From: Azolla caroliniana
Taxonomy: Eukaryota; Plantae; Polypodiophyta
Reading direction: 5' to 3'
Length of the DNA stretch: 64,000 nucleotides
Assembly: GCA_043228905.1 (NCBI GenBank)
Contig: JBHGNT010000002.1
Location: forward strand, 26,846,001 to 26,910,000
Of the stretch, positions 50,694-64,000 are shown piece after piece. Numbering within the stretch: the first letter of the stretch is position 1; every line of letters begins with the position of its first letter. The notes under the pieces were generated by a model, which saw nothing but the letters and a program-made list of their open reading frames with translations, was not told where the DNA came from and ran no database searches. The translations under genes and the position numbers were made by a program.

Positions 50694-53600
50694 CTCTGTT
50701 TTTTGTTCTTTACATATATTATTTTTGTTTCTTTACTGCTTAGAGAAAATGTTTTCCCAAGAACCTAATGCCCAAAAGAAAAGAAAAAAGAAAAACAAAG
50801 GCTACTAGAGTTTGGTCAAAAAAGGACTTGTCCTCTCATATCAACGCCGTTTTGTGCAGATCTGTAAGTTGAAGCAAAAATGAGAAACAAAAAATAGGGT
50901 TTTAGATCGCCCAATTCCATCAGGGTCATGAGCAAATCCATACATTGATCAGAATTCATGAAATAAAAAGAACAAGCATGGAAACCCTAGAAGAATTCAG
51001 ATCATTTAAAAATAACGGGGGGGGAGGGAGAGAGAGAGAGAGAGAGAGATTACCGATGGAAGCAGGAAGACAGGCACATTATAATTACCCGGACGGGAAA
51101 CAGAGCATTCGATTTTATTCGATATAAGGGTGGGGAGAGAGGGGGAGCTCTCTCGAATACGAGGAAAACGAGGTAAAAACCAGCAATTGGGTCTCTGGTA
51201 GTATATGCATACATACACTCTCTCTCTCTCTCTCTCTCTCTGTCAATGTCTTTGGAAATCCTTGACCCCTCTTTCTCCAAAGACCAGTATGTATGTACTA
51301 CACATGTACATTTCCTCTATGAAGAAGAATATGAGAAATGGGATGTCCACCTATCGCTTCCACGGTCAAGCGATGCCGTCCTCGGCCCACAACCATGCCT
51401 TCTTTCGTGCCCATATCATTTTTGTCCTGTTGTGCTCAATGCCCACCACCCGGAATATACGAATGGCCCAATTTCATTGGAACACATCAGGTGAAAGCAC
51501 TACGTACCTCGATGTTTATGTTCAGGCACCTGCACCCAACTTCGAATCTATGGAGTTAAATCTCTTTTTGGTTAAAAAGAATCGTACTAATTATACATTT
51601 GACACCCCTTTTTCGTGGAAAGCTTGCATCCTCATCACAAATCGCAATGGAGAAGAAATCTCTCTCTAAAATTGTGTATTTCGTTGGGTACTCCACCCCC
51701 CCCCCATTGGAGACCATATTCTATGAAGTTGTATAACTTCATTATTCATAATGTCTTTGCAATATCATAGTGCTTTAAATATAAATCTTCCCACATGTTA
51801 GATCGCAATTAGTTCAGAAATGTTAGCATGCAATATGGTTTTCCTTGCTAAATCGTGGAATATTTCAATTGTTTCATGTGTTGAGTAAAGTCTCATGCAA
51901 GCCATCACTCTCCATGTTGAACGTATACTTTATGAACTAGATAGTTGAAATGCATTTACCACGCATTCAACTTGCATTATGTGAAGTCAATCTAAATCAA
52001 AGCTAAATTAACTGGTGTTATACTGGTATTCAAGTTTGTAGTCCTTCACAACATCACATAAAACGTTGAAAACTTTATTGACCAATAGGTTCCATGGTCT
52101 TACATTGATGTATGAACGCTTCATCTTACATGTGTCTCTTACTCATGTTTTTTACATCGTGGACTACGTGTGTTCATCCATTCATATTTGCAACATCATG
52201 ATAGATACAGTTGTCTTCTTGATATGCATAGCCAAACTACTTGTAGATTGAAGAATTGGAGAAGGTGAAAAACAAGGAGGATTGATCACACAACAAGAAA
52301 GTATAATTCAAATGGACGAGGACCTTCAACTCCATCTTCATCAATTAAAGAAGCGAACCGATCATCAAATATATAAAGAATTAGTACTCCAAATGTGAAG
52401 GACCATGCAAATAAAGAAAAAATGGGTGAGGATGACTAAGTATTGATAGAGAAGCCAAGTGAAGAATCAAGATGAAGGGAGGGGTCAAGAAAGTGAAAAA
52501 TAAAAGGAAGATGCAAATTTCAAAAGATAAAAAAGAAGCAACTTTCATATTTAGAGATCGAGTCATTGTTCACTTACGAATAATCATTATGCATATATAT
52601 CTCAAGTCATGCAATAATTGGTTGTTGCAAAAGGACATGCTCAAACTTACAAGTTGTACTATGGGATACCATTTAACCAGTTGTGAAATTGACAACCATT
52701 TGAACCTTCATAGCAATAGAAGCCTGAAACAAATGGAAGTTGTGTCAATTAAACGTCACGAATGATTTTATGCATGGAGTTTTGGAAGAAAAGAGATGCG
52801 AGAGAATGTGAATGAGAAAAATGAGGGGATCTTTGTAGGGAATAGAGGAAAATGATAAAATTAGAGATCAAATCAGCAAAGTGCAATGAGAGGTGCTCGA
52901 TGCACCACTTCATGGTTTCCTACACGTGTTCTCATTTCTACGTGGGGGGATCGTTTTTCGTAGGTGGCTTCTATGTCTAATCATTTAGCCACATGCATGC
53001 GATTGTAAACATCTCCATAAGGAGTAAGTGTGGGATATGAATCAAATTCAATCATCGTGTTATTGGTTGGATATGTTTGCCTCGGTGGCATATGTTGTTC
53101 ATGTAGGTAGAGGCTCTCTCCTTTGCAATCCATAGCTTGTTATCACCCATAAGGAGTATTATTAGTGGTTTGATGGGATGTTATAAGTTTGTAATCACCA
53201 GTCTAAAACAAGATGAAAAATTCACTATGCTCAAGCCATGACAAAAGACTTGTCATAAGGGGCTTGCTAATTATCCTCACGTCTCTCCCACTAATCACAC
53301 TATGTGCTCCAAAGTAGTCGACCACTTGGACAACACCAATGGAGAAACACGACCAACACTTCATTGTTCCTCAAAATGAAGTGGATGAAGTCATTGAATG
53401 TCATTCAAAGGTGGTGATTCCACCTACAACATTCCCAACCAAAGTCACACACATTCCCCAAGAGGCATGCACTAGATAGAGTCAATAGCTTGACCAACCC
53501 CCACAACTAGTCCTACCAAGACTCTTTGAGGACCACTTTGTTGCCTTAGCCTTCAACCCACCTTTTCATTTCAAAGAAAATCCACTTATGAAGACAAAAG

Positions 53601-55329
53601 TACCAGCATGAAGCGCGAGGAAAACACCGCATTGACCCTTGAGGCCACATTTCCTCTCTTACTAGCCAACATGCTCCACATAGATGATGGCCAAAGGTCA
53701 AAACATTGCCCAACACTTGGCCTCCACGATTGACATGCAACACTAGGCAATGAAACCCAACCAAGCCCACACTTAAAGCATCGGAAGAAGCAAACCAACA
53801 AAATTTGGATCCAAAACCCACTCACCCCCACCCAAGCTTTCCTCAATGAAGACATAATGTTGTACCCCTACTCTAATAAAACCTCGAAGAGCGCACCAAG
53901 GGGCATCTAATCACTTTTCTCGTGGCTTAGCAAGCAAACCACGTCTCCAATTGTCTTAGTCTACTGGACATATATCCCAAAACATAAAGTTAAGCCTATC
54001 ATTAGATATGAGGCCCCTAGTTGGCATGGCCATTGTCCATTATTCAACCACTTCAAAACCTTTGACGTTGTGCACACTAAATTATTTATCATCACAACGG
54101 TATGACCGCCATGGACAACATCATTATCATGATGATTTGCCCCAATATCACAACCCCTTGACATTGGTCGATCCACTTGGCACTCATATGCCCTCTCCAT
54201 AGGACCCATGATGGCCTCAACATGATCAAGAACCTAACCTCACATGCCAAAGAGCTCCCATCTTACATGCACCCATCAACAATACCACACATTCCCACTA
54301 ATCAACATATGCAACCCAATTGCCCATAAGGTATTAGCATTGCACTATTACAACCCTTAGCTTGCTACTATTGTCACGAGGATGGCAAAGCCAACACCTT
54401 CAACCTTACTAAACTCTTGATGTGGAATCAAGCCTCGATAGTTCCATTATGACAATTACCTTCTTCCATTGAGAGTGAGTTGAATAGTAGTTGTTGAAAC
54501 CACACTTACCCCCCTCTTGTAGTCAACTATTCATATGGTTATTTTAATCAAGAGTTTTGTCTTGTGTTTGTCTTTTTGCCTTTTTTTGTTCTTATATTGC
54601 TAATTCCAACTCCTTTTTATATTATTAATTTTGTACAAGTGATATGTGCAAGTCAGTGAGTGGAAGAGTCCATCAAACATCATGGAAGGTGAGGAGCGAA
54701 TTGGAGAGGACCGTCACAAACCCACATTAGCAAAGAACTCATTTAACTCATTCAATTAGCAAAAGGAGCCCTTTTATTAGTTTTGTTGACAACTCAAGGG
54801 CCAAAGCCTCCCAAGAAAACAATTTATGCATGTCATTGGCTACAAATGATTCAGTTTTTGTCATTAAGTGCTAGAGATAAATTGTCCTTAGATGCTAGAG
54901 ATTGTTCACCCTTATGCTATGAAAATGACAACTTTATAGATATTATCAAATTTTGGCCTACTAGGACGTGAACTAGTACCTTACATGTTATTAGCAAAAT
55001 GCCTTAACTAATTGAGGTAACATACAATAATTAAATCGTTGTAGTTTCAATGAGGAATATTAGGTCCTAGGGTCTACTTTAGCCTATACAAGGTCCTTTG
55101 TAACCTCAAGATCTTTCCTTCCCAATTGTGCATTTCGAAGACCAACCATTGTTTCAAAGCTTATTTCGTGCTTGACATGTTTGATTCCTCCACCACACAA
55201 AGGGTAATATTTAACACCAATTGCTTAAGCACGTACGATAGGTAAGAAACGTGGCCTTAAAAATGTATGTTATAAATGGCTAATGGCTAATGGGCTTGTA
55301 ATGTGAAATGGACCCTTACGAGTTTCCAA

Positions 55330-55830
55330 CATGTATAAAAGGGCAAGAGCTATCACGTAAAAAAAGGCTTTGGATGCCCCAACTTTGGGGCTACCTTGGG
55401 TCCTCATTCTCTCCCCAGTGCATCTACCTAGAGCCACATTCCTCAATGTAGTTTTTCCACATTAATTAATTGTGATATGAATGTTATTTTTTTATTCCGT
55501 ATTGTTTTAAAATTGAGAAACCTTATATGTTGTTTCTTCCTTAGTAATCAATTATCTTTGCAAAGTAAGACTAACATATTTCTTAATTAATGACAAATGT
55601 AGTGATTATGCACGTGTTAATTCTAGATTAATTGAAGATGCCTTCAAGGCTTCCATAAATTGGAGTGGATAGGTGTGTTAATTGGTGTCAATGTGCATGG
55701 TCTTTGCCATCTATGGAAATGTCCCCCAATCCCTTGGGTAGTCCACCACGAGGAAGGCAACTCCACAATACTTGATAATGAACATTAAAAGAGCAACTCT
55801 ACAATGTATGAGTCGTGTTGGACCCTTCTA
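55330..55830. repeat. Dispersed repeat, diverged copy of 43190-43670
   Basis: Same ordered blocks as the copy at about 43190. Confidence 0.6.
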
Positions 55831-56366
55831 GGAATCTCAATTCACCATCATGTTTGTTTAATTATAATAAAATTGTTCTAATAAGGTGTTGAGGTTAAAA
55901 ATATGGAAGGTACTAAAGTTTCTAGGGACCTATCTTTTTATACAATATTAACATTCCAAAATCATATGGTGTACATTTCGACCAAAGCTATTTGTTGTCA
56001 CAAGAAAATCGTAGTGTTGGAATAGACTTCATATCGAGATATTAAGCTGTTATTTATTTAGTATGGTCAATCCCAACCCTTGTTGTTACACCCATCAACC
56101 CTCCTGATTTCCTTCTCATGGAAGAAGGGCGGCTGGTCCAAGCATGCAAGGGCGAATGAACTTACTTATTTCCATCGGAAATTATTTTTCCGTCTCATAG
56201 TTTCATATGCCCTTGCCCCAACACACTCAGGTCCATCTGGTAAACCTCACACACTCTCATGACTACTTGAAAACCGTCACATGTGTGCGAGAGACACGCG
56301 CACGCACGAATGGAAATCCGGAGGTGATCGATATGCGGACGATCCAATGAAAAGGATGGGGCAAGG

Positions 56367-56648
56367 GCCACGTGGAACAGAAGCAGGACGACAGCAACGA
56401 AGAATGTGCTACTACGCAGGCGAGGGCGATTTATGGGGGAGATAGATCCTTTTTTTTTGGGCCTTTTTGTTTGTTCCAGGAAGCCTAACAAGAGAAACAA
56501 CATGAGCATGATGGATGGTCTTAAGTTAGTATTGCATATATGTATGTATGGATTATCTAGAATGTCTGGAGAGGATTGGGCAGAGAGGGATAGCCCACCA
56601 ATGGCATGCCAGATGACATGGCACAACTTAACCCCAATCCAATCCAAT
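56367..56648 (+). promoter_or_regulatory. LHCB5 promoter elements: G-box and tandem CCAAT
   Basis: GCCACGTGG at 56367-56375 and ccaatccaatccaat at about 56634-56648, followed by a CT-rich tract. These are typical of light-regulated Lhc promoters. Confidence 0.55.
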
Positions 56649-56650
56649 TC

Positions 56651-56681
<31 letters not shown>

Positions 56682-56788
56682 TCACCCCTCATACAGACAT
56701 AGCCCCTTCCACACATTCACTCACTCAATTCACAGCATATCGAGAAGTGAAGAAGAAACAGAGTAGAGCCCCCCCTTCTCTGTGTGCC

Positions 56789-58876
56789 ATGGCCGCCCTT
56801 GCAGGTTCTTCCCTCCTTGCCCGGCCTGAGATCTTCGGCCAAGCCATAGCTTCTTCTTCTTCTTCTTCTCCTTCTCCTTCTGCTTCCTCTTCAACCTCTT
56901 CCTCCCCTGCAAGGATCGTTGCCCTGTTTGGCAATAAGAAACCCGCCAAAGCTCCCGCCCCTAAAGCACCCAAATCCCCTGCTAATGAGGAGCTCGCCAA
57001 GTGGTATGGTAAGAAACCTCGCTAAGTCTCTTCCCACCCTCCTTTCATTCCTCTTCTTCTGCCCTCTCTCTTTGTTTCTTGACTTACTGTCTTTGTATTC
57101 CTTTCCCCCTTTTTTTTTTGTAATTCACAGGTCCCGATCGCAGAATCTACCTTCCTGAGGGCCTTCTAGCTAAATCCGAAATACCTGAATACCTCATTGG
57201 CGAGATCCCCGGAGAGTAAGACCTGAAAACCACCATACATATATACATACATACATACAGACATATATGTACTTACATGCCTACACACTTACATACATAA
57301 ATACATTCATACATGCATATAAATGCATATATGATGAGGATCCAAACATCTCATACCTATAGACATGTTTACATCTGGCATTTCTATGGATAACGGATGT
57401 ATGGTGTATGTATGCATATATCTTACCTTTTTCTTCTATTTTCCAGCTATGGCTTCGATCCCTTTGGCCTAAGCAAGAAACCTGAGGACTTTGACAAGTA
57501 AGTCATGCATCTTCTAAGCTTATCCTGGACATTCAGTTACAGAACAAAAATGAACAGAAGTGATCAATCTCGAGTCTATAGTTACTTATGTTGTAACGTA
57601 ACATTTGTAACCTTTAGCAATGTAGGCAGGCTAGAGCATGGTAGATATGGTAAGATATAATGGGTCATGTTGTCTTTGATTCATTCACTCAGAATCAACT
57701 CATCACAGATCTTGTGAGCATATGAATAAATGTCTTTGCAGTCACAAGCTCACATGTAATGGGTTTCCAATGCGATTTACATGTGTGATTTACATATATG
57801 TGGTACATAGAGGTCGCAATGACATGCATGTAGGATGTATCGGTGATTTAGATCAGCATCATCATGTCAATATATGAATGGGTGTGATGTGACCATCATA
57901 TGATGCACATGTTTCAACATATAGTGATGTGATGGCATCTTTTCTATTTCAATTTTCCTTTGTCAGGTACCAGGCATACGAGCTCATTCATGCAAGGTGG
58001 GCTATGTTGGGTGCTGCAGGATTTATTCTTCCGGAAGCTTTCAACAAATTTGGGGCCACGTGTGGACCTGAAGCCGTATGGTTCAAGGTATATACATACA
58101 TAAGTTATAGACTAGGCAATGAATGGCACATCTTCCTATCATTTCAAGACTTCAATAAGCTACTATTTGTGTTTTTGCTACTTTTTTAGCTAACATCTCA
58201 AGACCTTTTATCGTTTTGTTTGGTGTTTGATTAGACTGGTGCCCTTCTCCTTGATGGTGGAGCGCTTCAGTACTTCGGGGCCACAATCCCAATCAATCTT
58301 GCTGTTGCAGTGATTGCTGAAGTGGTGCTAGTGGGTGGTGCTGAATACTACCGATCTTCAAACCAATTGGTAGCGATTTTTGCTTCCTTCACCAGTGTTC
58401 TTTACCAATTTAGTTGAAAAATTTCCTTGCTTTATGTAAATGGCATAGTCTACGTTATCAAAGTTGTTTCCTTAACAGCGTGATTGTTTTCTGTTATTTT
58501 TAATACTTCTTTGAAATCAATTGTTTCCTAATTTTCTTGTTTTTAATCAATTTGCATAGTCTGCATTGCTGGGTTTTTTCTCTTAACAAGGATTTTTTTT
58601 TTGTGACATTTTTAACAGGGACTTGACCGTCTCCATCCGGGTGGCCCATTCGATCCTTTGGGCTTGGCCAAGGACCCAGAGCAATTTGCCCTTTTGAAGG
58701 TGAAGGAAATCAAGAATGGAAGATTGGCCATGTTCTCCATGCTAGGCTTCTTTTTGCAAGCCTATGTGACAGGAGAAGGTCCAATTGAGAACTTGTCGTC
58801 TCACCTCAGTGATCCTTTTGGCAACAACCTCCTTACTGTCATCCAAGGAACTGCAGAGAGAGCTCCTAGCTTGTAA
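56789..58876 (+). CDS. LHCB5: Chlorophyll a/b-binding protein CP26
   Basis: Exons 56789-57008, 57131-57215, 57447-57497, 57967-58087, 58235-58369 and 58619-58876 join in phase. Transit peptide, then [74 protein letters not shown] and the C-terminal GTAERAPSL characteristic of Lhcb5. Confidence 0.97.
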
Positions 58877-61071
58877 AGTATGTTCCCATTGTCCCAAGGG
58901 CCTTTAAGATTCTCTATGGGGAACATGTACATCTATGTCTTGTCTCTGCTTGTAATGCCATACTCCAATCTCTAAGTTCCTTTGCTTTGTAATGAGAGCC
59001 TTGTTGTATCCATCTCTCTTTTACATCAACGTTTTCTATTTTTTTAAGTGAAAAGTTTCAACAAAATGAGCCAAGAGTTTCAATCCTAGTAGAATTAGAT
59101 CATGATTGGCATGTTTATGACAATAGGCGATACTGTGTGTTCCACAATAGAGAGTTAATATATCAGTATGTATAACAGTTGAGAATCGATATAGTGTGTG
59201 CATGATGATAGAATTTAGCCTAATGAACTTAAAACCAGTATATTGTGTGCATGACAGTGTGGACTTCATGTAATCAATCCCATCAAGACTATTCATTTTG
59301 TAGCTTATCTTATTAGATGGCTATGAACATGCCCTGTAGTACTAAATATTGTGCTTTATTTTTTATTCTAATACATCTAGCAATGATTCAACATCAATGG
59401 ATCAATCTACATCCTAATTCACAAATATGATGAAAAATCTCTTCAATGATTCTGCAATTATAGATTCCGAAGATATTATGCCTACCTCTATGGTAACCGA
59501 GATTTGAGACTCTAATGAAGGGATTCATTAAATTGGAGTGGACGAGAACTCTTCTCTAATTCTTTTGTTCATAATGTTTTCTCAAAGGCATTTGGGGATA
59601 TATAACAAAAACATAGCATTTAAGGAAATAAACAATCAATTTGTGCATAGCCTTGTAATGTTATGTTCCTTCAAATTCAAATCCAACCATTAATTTTAAA
59701 TCATATTAGACAAACATTATCTTACACAAGACGGGTTGGGAAAAAATATTTTGTATCTCGGGGCTGTTATGACTTTTTAAAAACTAATGGGAGGGTATTT
59801 TGGTTTGGGAAAAAACATGATAAATACTAAACATGTAAAAAGGTTACAATTAAATCAACGGAATTAGAGATAATCCAACGATAATTGTTTTTTATGAAAG
59901 ATGTGAAATGAAGGCCTCTTTGCTTCTTAGTGGAAGAAAACCATAAAGATTTTGTACGGCACAACCATCAATAATTGACACCACGACAAGATTGCAGTGT
60001 GTATAACACTTTTCAATTTTGGGATTTAGATTTGAGTACATGATTTGGATTGTATAGTTTAGTTAAAACATGTTTTGATTTAGATTCAAGTCTTCAATCT
60101 CAAGCTTGAATTACGTTACGTGGTGGTCACGTGTAAAATTAGAAGTGTCGTTCATGCTTCACACAAGAGTTGGGGTATCACATTGATGATGATGTGCTAG
60201 TTAATTTACCATTACTAGTTTAATTAATCACCTTTGGAATCTTGTCGTAGCAAAGGTGTTGTTGGAAAAGATTGAGAGTTGTTTTCATGGATTAATTAGC
60301 CTTATCTTGCCAAATGCCATCGTTTATAGTTGGTCCTTTTTTTGATGATAGATACTTGACTGGAAACTATTATGTACAATTTGTAGATTGCCTTTGGCAT
60401 TGTTAATTTTAATACCAATGGAGCATATTTTTTATGGAAAAAAAATTAATCACCTTTGGAGAGGACATTGTTGTACAACCAATGAGAGTACAAGAGGATA
60501 ATGAGTTATTGTTGACGATGATTATCACATAGTAGAACAAAGGATTGGGTTTCATTAACCTAGGCTATTAACCCTCATCTGAAATTTTTTATAATAGTCG
60601 AGACTTTTTACACTTCCAATAGTGGGAGATCTGTCGTGCCAAGCATCAAATTATATGTCTTAACCAAGATTATCATTTAAACATGGGAGGTATGACTTGA
60701 GACCCGACCACGCTATAAGTTCCATCAATCAAATGCACATTCTCAAAACATATATCTCGATGTAATGTGAGCATATGCGATGAAGGATAATGGAGGCGAG
60801 GCAACCAAAGGGGGTAGCTACCTTTGGGCAATAGTTAATGGATATGTATGCATTGTTATTGAGGTATGCAACAATGGACAACCTGGGGGGGTTAGCTTGG
60901 GATGATGTTTGCTAGTATATAGAAAGGTTGTCGAGGTTTCGAAGTTCAATTTTCGGCCATGGGTCACCGATGGGTGCACAATACACTGAGAGTCTTCGCC
61001 GTATGTGGAGATAAAGGTTCAATCACGGGAGTGGCATTCTTGCAATAGTTGTAACATATGCATATATAATA

Positions 61072-61384
61072 GGGAAAAGTACCAGGATACCCCTGGAAGT
61101 TCGTCTATTTACCAGAATGCCCTTGGAAGTTCCAAATTTACCAAACTACCCCTATGTCCAAAAATTTGCACTTTATAAAGTATTTATACACTCAAATCTA
61201 CAAGCCCTATTGACCAAAGATGGAAGAAATGGACCCAAACTAGCCCCATTTACCAAATATTTGAGTGTATAATTACTTTATGAAGTGTAATTTTTTGGAC
61301 ATAGGGGTAGTTTGGTAAATTTGGAACTTCCACGGGCATTCTAGTAAATAGACGAACTTCCAGGGGTATCCTGGTACTTTTCCC
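61072..61384. mobile_element. Mutator-like MITE (313 bp fold-back)
   Basis: TIRs of about 125 bp starting GGGAAAAGTACCAGGATACCCCTGGAAGTTCG; perfect 9-bp TSD TATATAATA at 61063-61071 and 61385-61393. Confidence 0.93.
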
Positions 61385-61673
61385 TATATAATATATACAT
61401 ATACATATACTGTTATACATATGGATGGCTCTTCAGACAAGTTTAAAATACAGTATGTATACATATACATATACTGTTATACATATATATGTACATGGAT
61501 AGCTCTTCGGACATGTTTAGAAAACATTGAAATAAAATGATAGAAACAGAGCATTCCTCTGTTCTCCTCTGAGAAGGTCTATAAAGAATCCAAGGGCAGG
61601 GGCTCTGTGTTTCCTGAAATTCTCGAAGAAGACTACCATATCAGAAGGAGCAACTAGACCCCCCCAAAAAAAC

Positions 61674-62998
61674 ATGCAGTCTGCTGTTAAGGCCTTGACT
61701 GGTGCCCTACGGCGTTCGAGCAACCACACAGGTTTCAGAAAATTTCAGATCAAGTGTTCTCTCTTCTTTCTCCAAACAGGTGAAATGAGCGTTTCATTTT
61801 TTCCAGGTATTATTAGTGGGTTGGGAAAACATCAGAATCAGCATCGATGGATTTCTACAAATGATGGAGAAGTTGACAGTCATGATGATTTTAAGCCAAT
61901 TCATAAAAAACCTGATGAAATTATTTCTGTTAAGGAAGTGATAGAAAAGGTACCCTGCTATTACCAACTCTATGTATTCATAATGAAAGCCTCTTTTTGT
62001 ATAGAATTTAGTGCTTGAATCCTGAAGAGAATGAGTTTTCTAGAGTATATTGCTTAGTTGGTGTAAGGGCAGTGCTTGAATACCATGGATTTCTCCACGA
62101 ATGCGAATGTGGATCAATATAATTTGGTTGATTTGAATTCTTAAGAGAAGCGGACAGAGGCATGCATCTCTGAATTAAAAGTAGAGGTGAACCAAGTTGT
62201 GAAATTCTGCCTAACGATGGTATTTAAAAAAGAGAGGATAAAATGGTAAATGACAATATTTGGAATATGATGGGAAGAAATTATGATAAACAGGATATAG
62301 CAGATTTCTCTCTCGGATCTCCACCCTACTACTGTTTACAGCTAGATGCACACAAGGATGCATGCAGAAGAGAAGTTGGTGCAGACTCTGCAAAACTGGC
62401 AACTAGTGACAATATGCTTACAATAGGAGTAGCAGATACAAGCTGGATAAGAAGCTGAATACTGCTTGTGATAAATTCCTATGAAAAGCTAATATATAGC
62501 AGAATATTGGTTGCTTGTGTAGAAGTGACAAAAATTAGCCATTGTAATAATCAGAATGACCAATGTGACTGAAACTGCATTTTCGTAAACATAGATAGAT
62601 GTGTTTCTCTTTGTCTTGTGCAAGCATATCTATAGTAGTATTTATAAACAAAGGTCACAGTGTTAATTTATGGAAAGTAAAAGTTAATGTTTGCTGTCGT
62701 GTTTCAGGATGTTAAGGAAAATCCAGTGTTGCTCTACATGAAGGGTGTTCCGGATGCCCCACAATGTGGATTTAGTGCAATGGTTACGCGTATATTGCAA
62801 GCGCATGGTATTTACAGGACACCTCTATAATATCTAGCTGTGTTGTAAAGTTACGGAATTGATCATGCATATCATTTGAAAAGAACTTGAAAACTGATGC
62901 TTTGGTGATTAATTTGAGTTTTATACTGCAGGTGTGCCCTTTGCAGCAAGAAACATCTTGGAGGATCAAGAACTTCGACAAGCCATGAAGAGTTTTAG
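61674..62998 (+). CDS. GRXS15: Monothiol CGFS glutaredoxin, mitochondrial GRXS15-like; last exon outside window
   Basis: Exons 61674-61949 (possible in-frame intron 61732-61806), 62708-62807 and 62932-62998: presequence-like N-terminus, [52 protein letters not shown]. Confidence 0.93.
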
Positions 62999-63018
62999 GT
63001 ATGGCCATGAACGTTCAT

Positions 63019-63476
63019 ATTTGAAATCTTGTGTGGGATTTTGGATTGTGTTCTTGATTTCTTGGCGTGGATCATGGGAAGAGCTTATTGAAACAGTACA
63101 TTGATTCAATAAAGCTATGTATGTTTCTATTTGAAATTGTGTGTGGGCTTTTGGATTACGTTCTTGATTTAATGGCACAGATCCTGGGAAGAGCTTATTG
63201 AAACAGTATATCATTACATAGATTCAATAAAGCTATGTATGTTCCTATTTGAAATCTTGTGTGGGCGTTTGGATTATGTTCTTGATTTCATGGCACAGAT
63301 CCTGGGAAGAGCTTATTGAAACACTATATCATTACATAGATTCAATAAAGCTATGTACGTTCCTATTTGAAATCTTTTGTGGGCGTTTGGATTATGTTCT
63401 TGATTTCATGGCACAGATCCTGGGAAGAGCTTATTGAAACAGTACATCATTACATAGATTCAATAAAGCTATGTAC
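63019..63476. repeat. Intronic tandem repeat, 4 x about 118 bp
   Basis: atttgaaatcttgtgtggg...gggaagagcttattgaaaca...gattcaataaagctatgta at about 63019, 63129, 63247 and 63365. Confidence 0.93.
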
Positions 63477-64000
63477 AGTGATGCACCACACATATTTATT
63501 GAACCTCAAATTTCAAGCATCCTTTTTCCTTTTTAGATGATTTTTTACTATGTACCCACTGAGGATTCTCTTCCAGGATTAATCAATTAATCCCTCAATC
63601 ATTCTTCATAAGAGAAGTCTCATTGTCAATTGTGATTGGGTGATGAAAGGCTGATTCAAATCCTTTTTTGAGGTATTAGTGCTTGGATGGTGGCCCATGA
63701 TCAACCTTATCGTTTCATATGGTTGATTTTGTGTATAGCAAGGAACCAGAGATGGGTTTGTGAATACCATCAATATCTACAGGAGGAGCTGTGATGAAAG
63801 CAATGATGAATATGGCACTTGTGGGTTGTAATGCGGGAATCGTTAAGACACTGAACCATCCAAATTGCAGACAGTTTTCAGTGCTGGTGATCCAGTTGCA
63901 GATGTGACCCCATAGGCTTTGTCTCCGTAGTGGTCTTGACTTAACTTGAACACCACCGCAGGTACATGTGAAGAAGTCACCTTCTCAATGATCGGATAAC

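Noticed and set aside
51700-55300. Short ORFs between GNOM and LHCB5
   Set aside because: AT-rich, with no motifs or exon chains; probably decayed repeats that I cannot classify.
63019-63476. CRISPR-like array
   Set aside because: Whole units repeat with no unique spacers; a eukaryotic intronic minisatellite.

Overview
Eukaryotic plant nuclear DNA. The repeat content suggests a seed-free plant such as a fern, but this is inference. Five spliced host genes: the 3' end of a DCD-domain (NRP/B2-like) gene (+, 1-2089), a small JAZ/TIFY gene (-, 6947-8507), a GNOM-type ARF-GEF (-, 46321-50693), LHCB5/CP26 (+, 56789-58876) and the 5' part of a CGFS glutaredoxin GRXS15 (+, 61674->62998). The middle is a 21 kb nested retrotransposon block whose junctions all resolve by target-site duplication (TSD). 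An old Copia (16000-37040) contains two young chromodomain Gypsy copies (Tcn1/Tf1-like), a tRNA-Trp-primed pol-less LTR element and a solo-LTR-like insert. There are also two hAT and one Mutator non-autonomous elements, LINE fragments and tandem repeats. Most notable observations: (1) a TGTCG...CGACA LTR lineage making 4-bp CCGG/CCGT TSDs, two members of which carry a tRNA-like A/B-box cassette; (2) a Tf1-style 11-nt self-priming structure and a shared +1 gag frameshift in both chromoviruses; (3) a JAZ in which Jas-intron retention would add rather than remove a PY motif; (4) REF6-type CTCTGYTY motifs at all four visible gene 5' ends. All calls come from manual reading; no database search was run.
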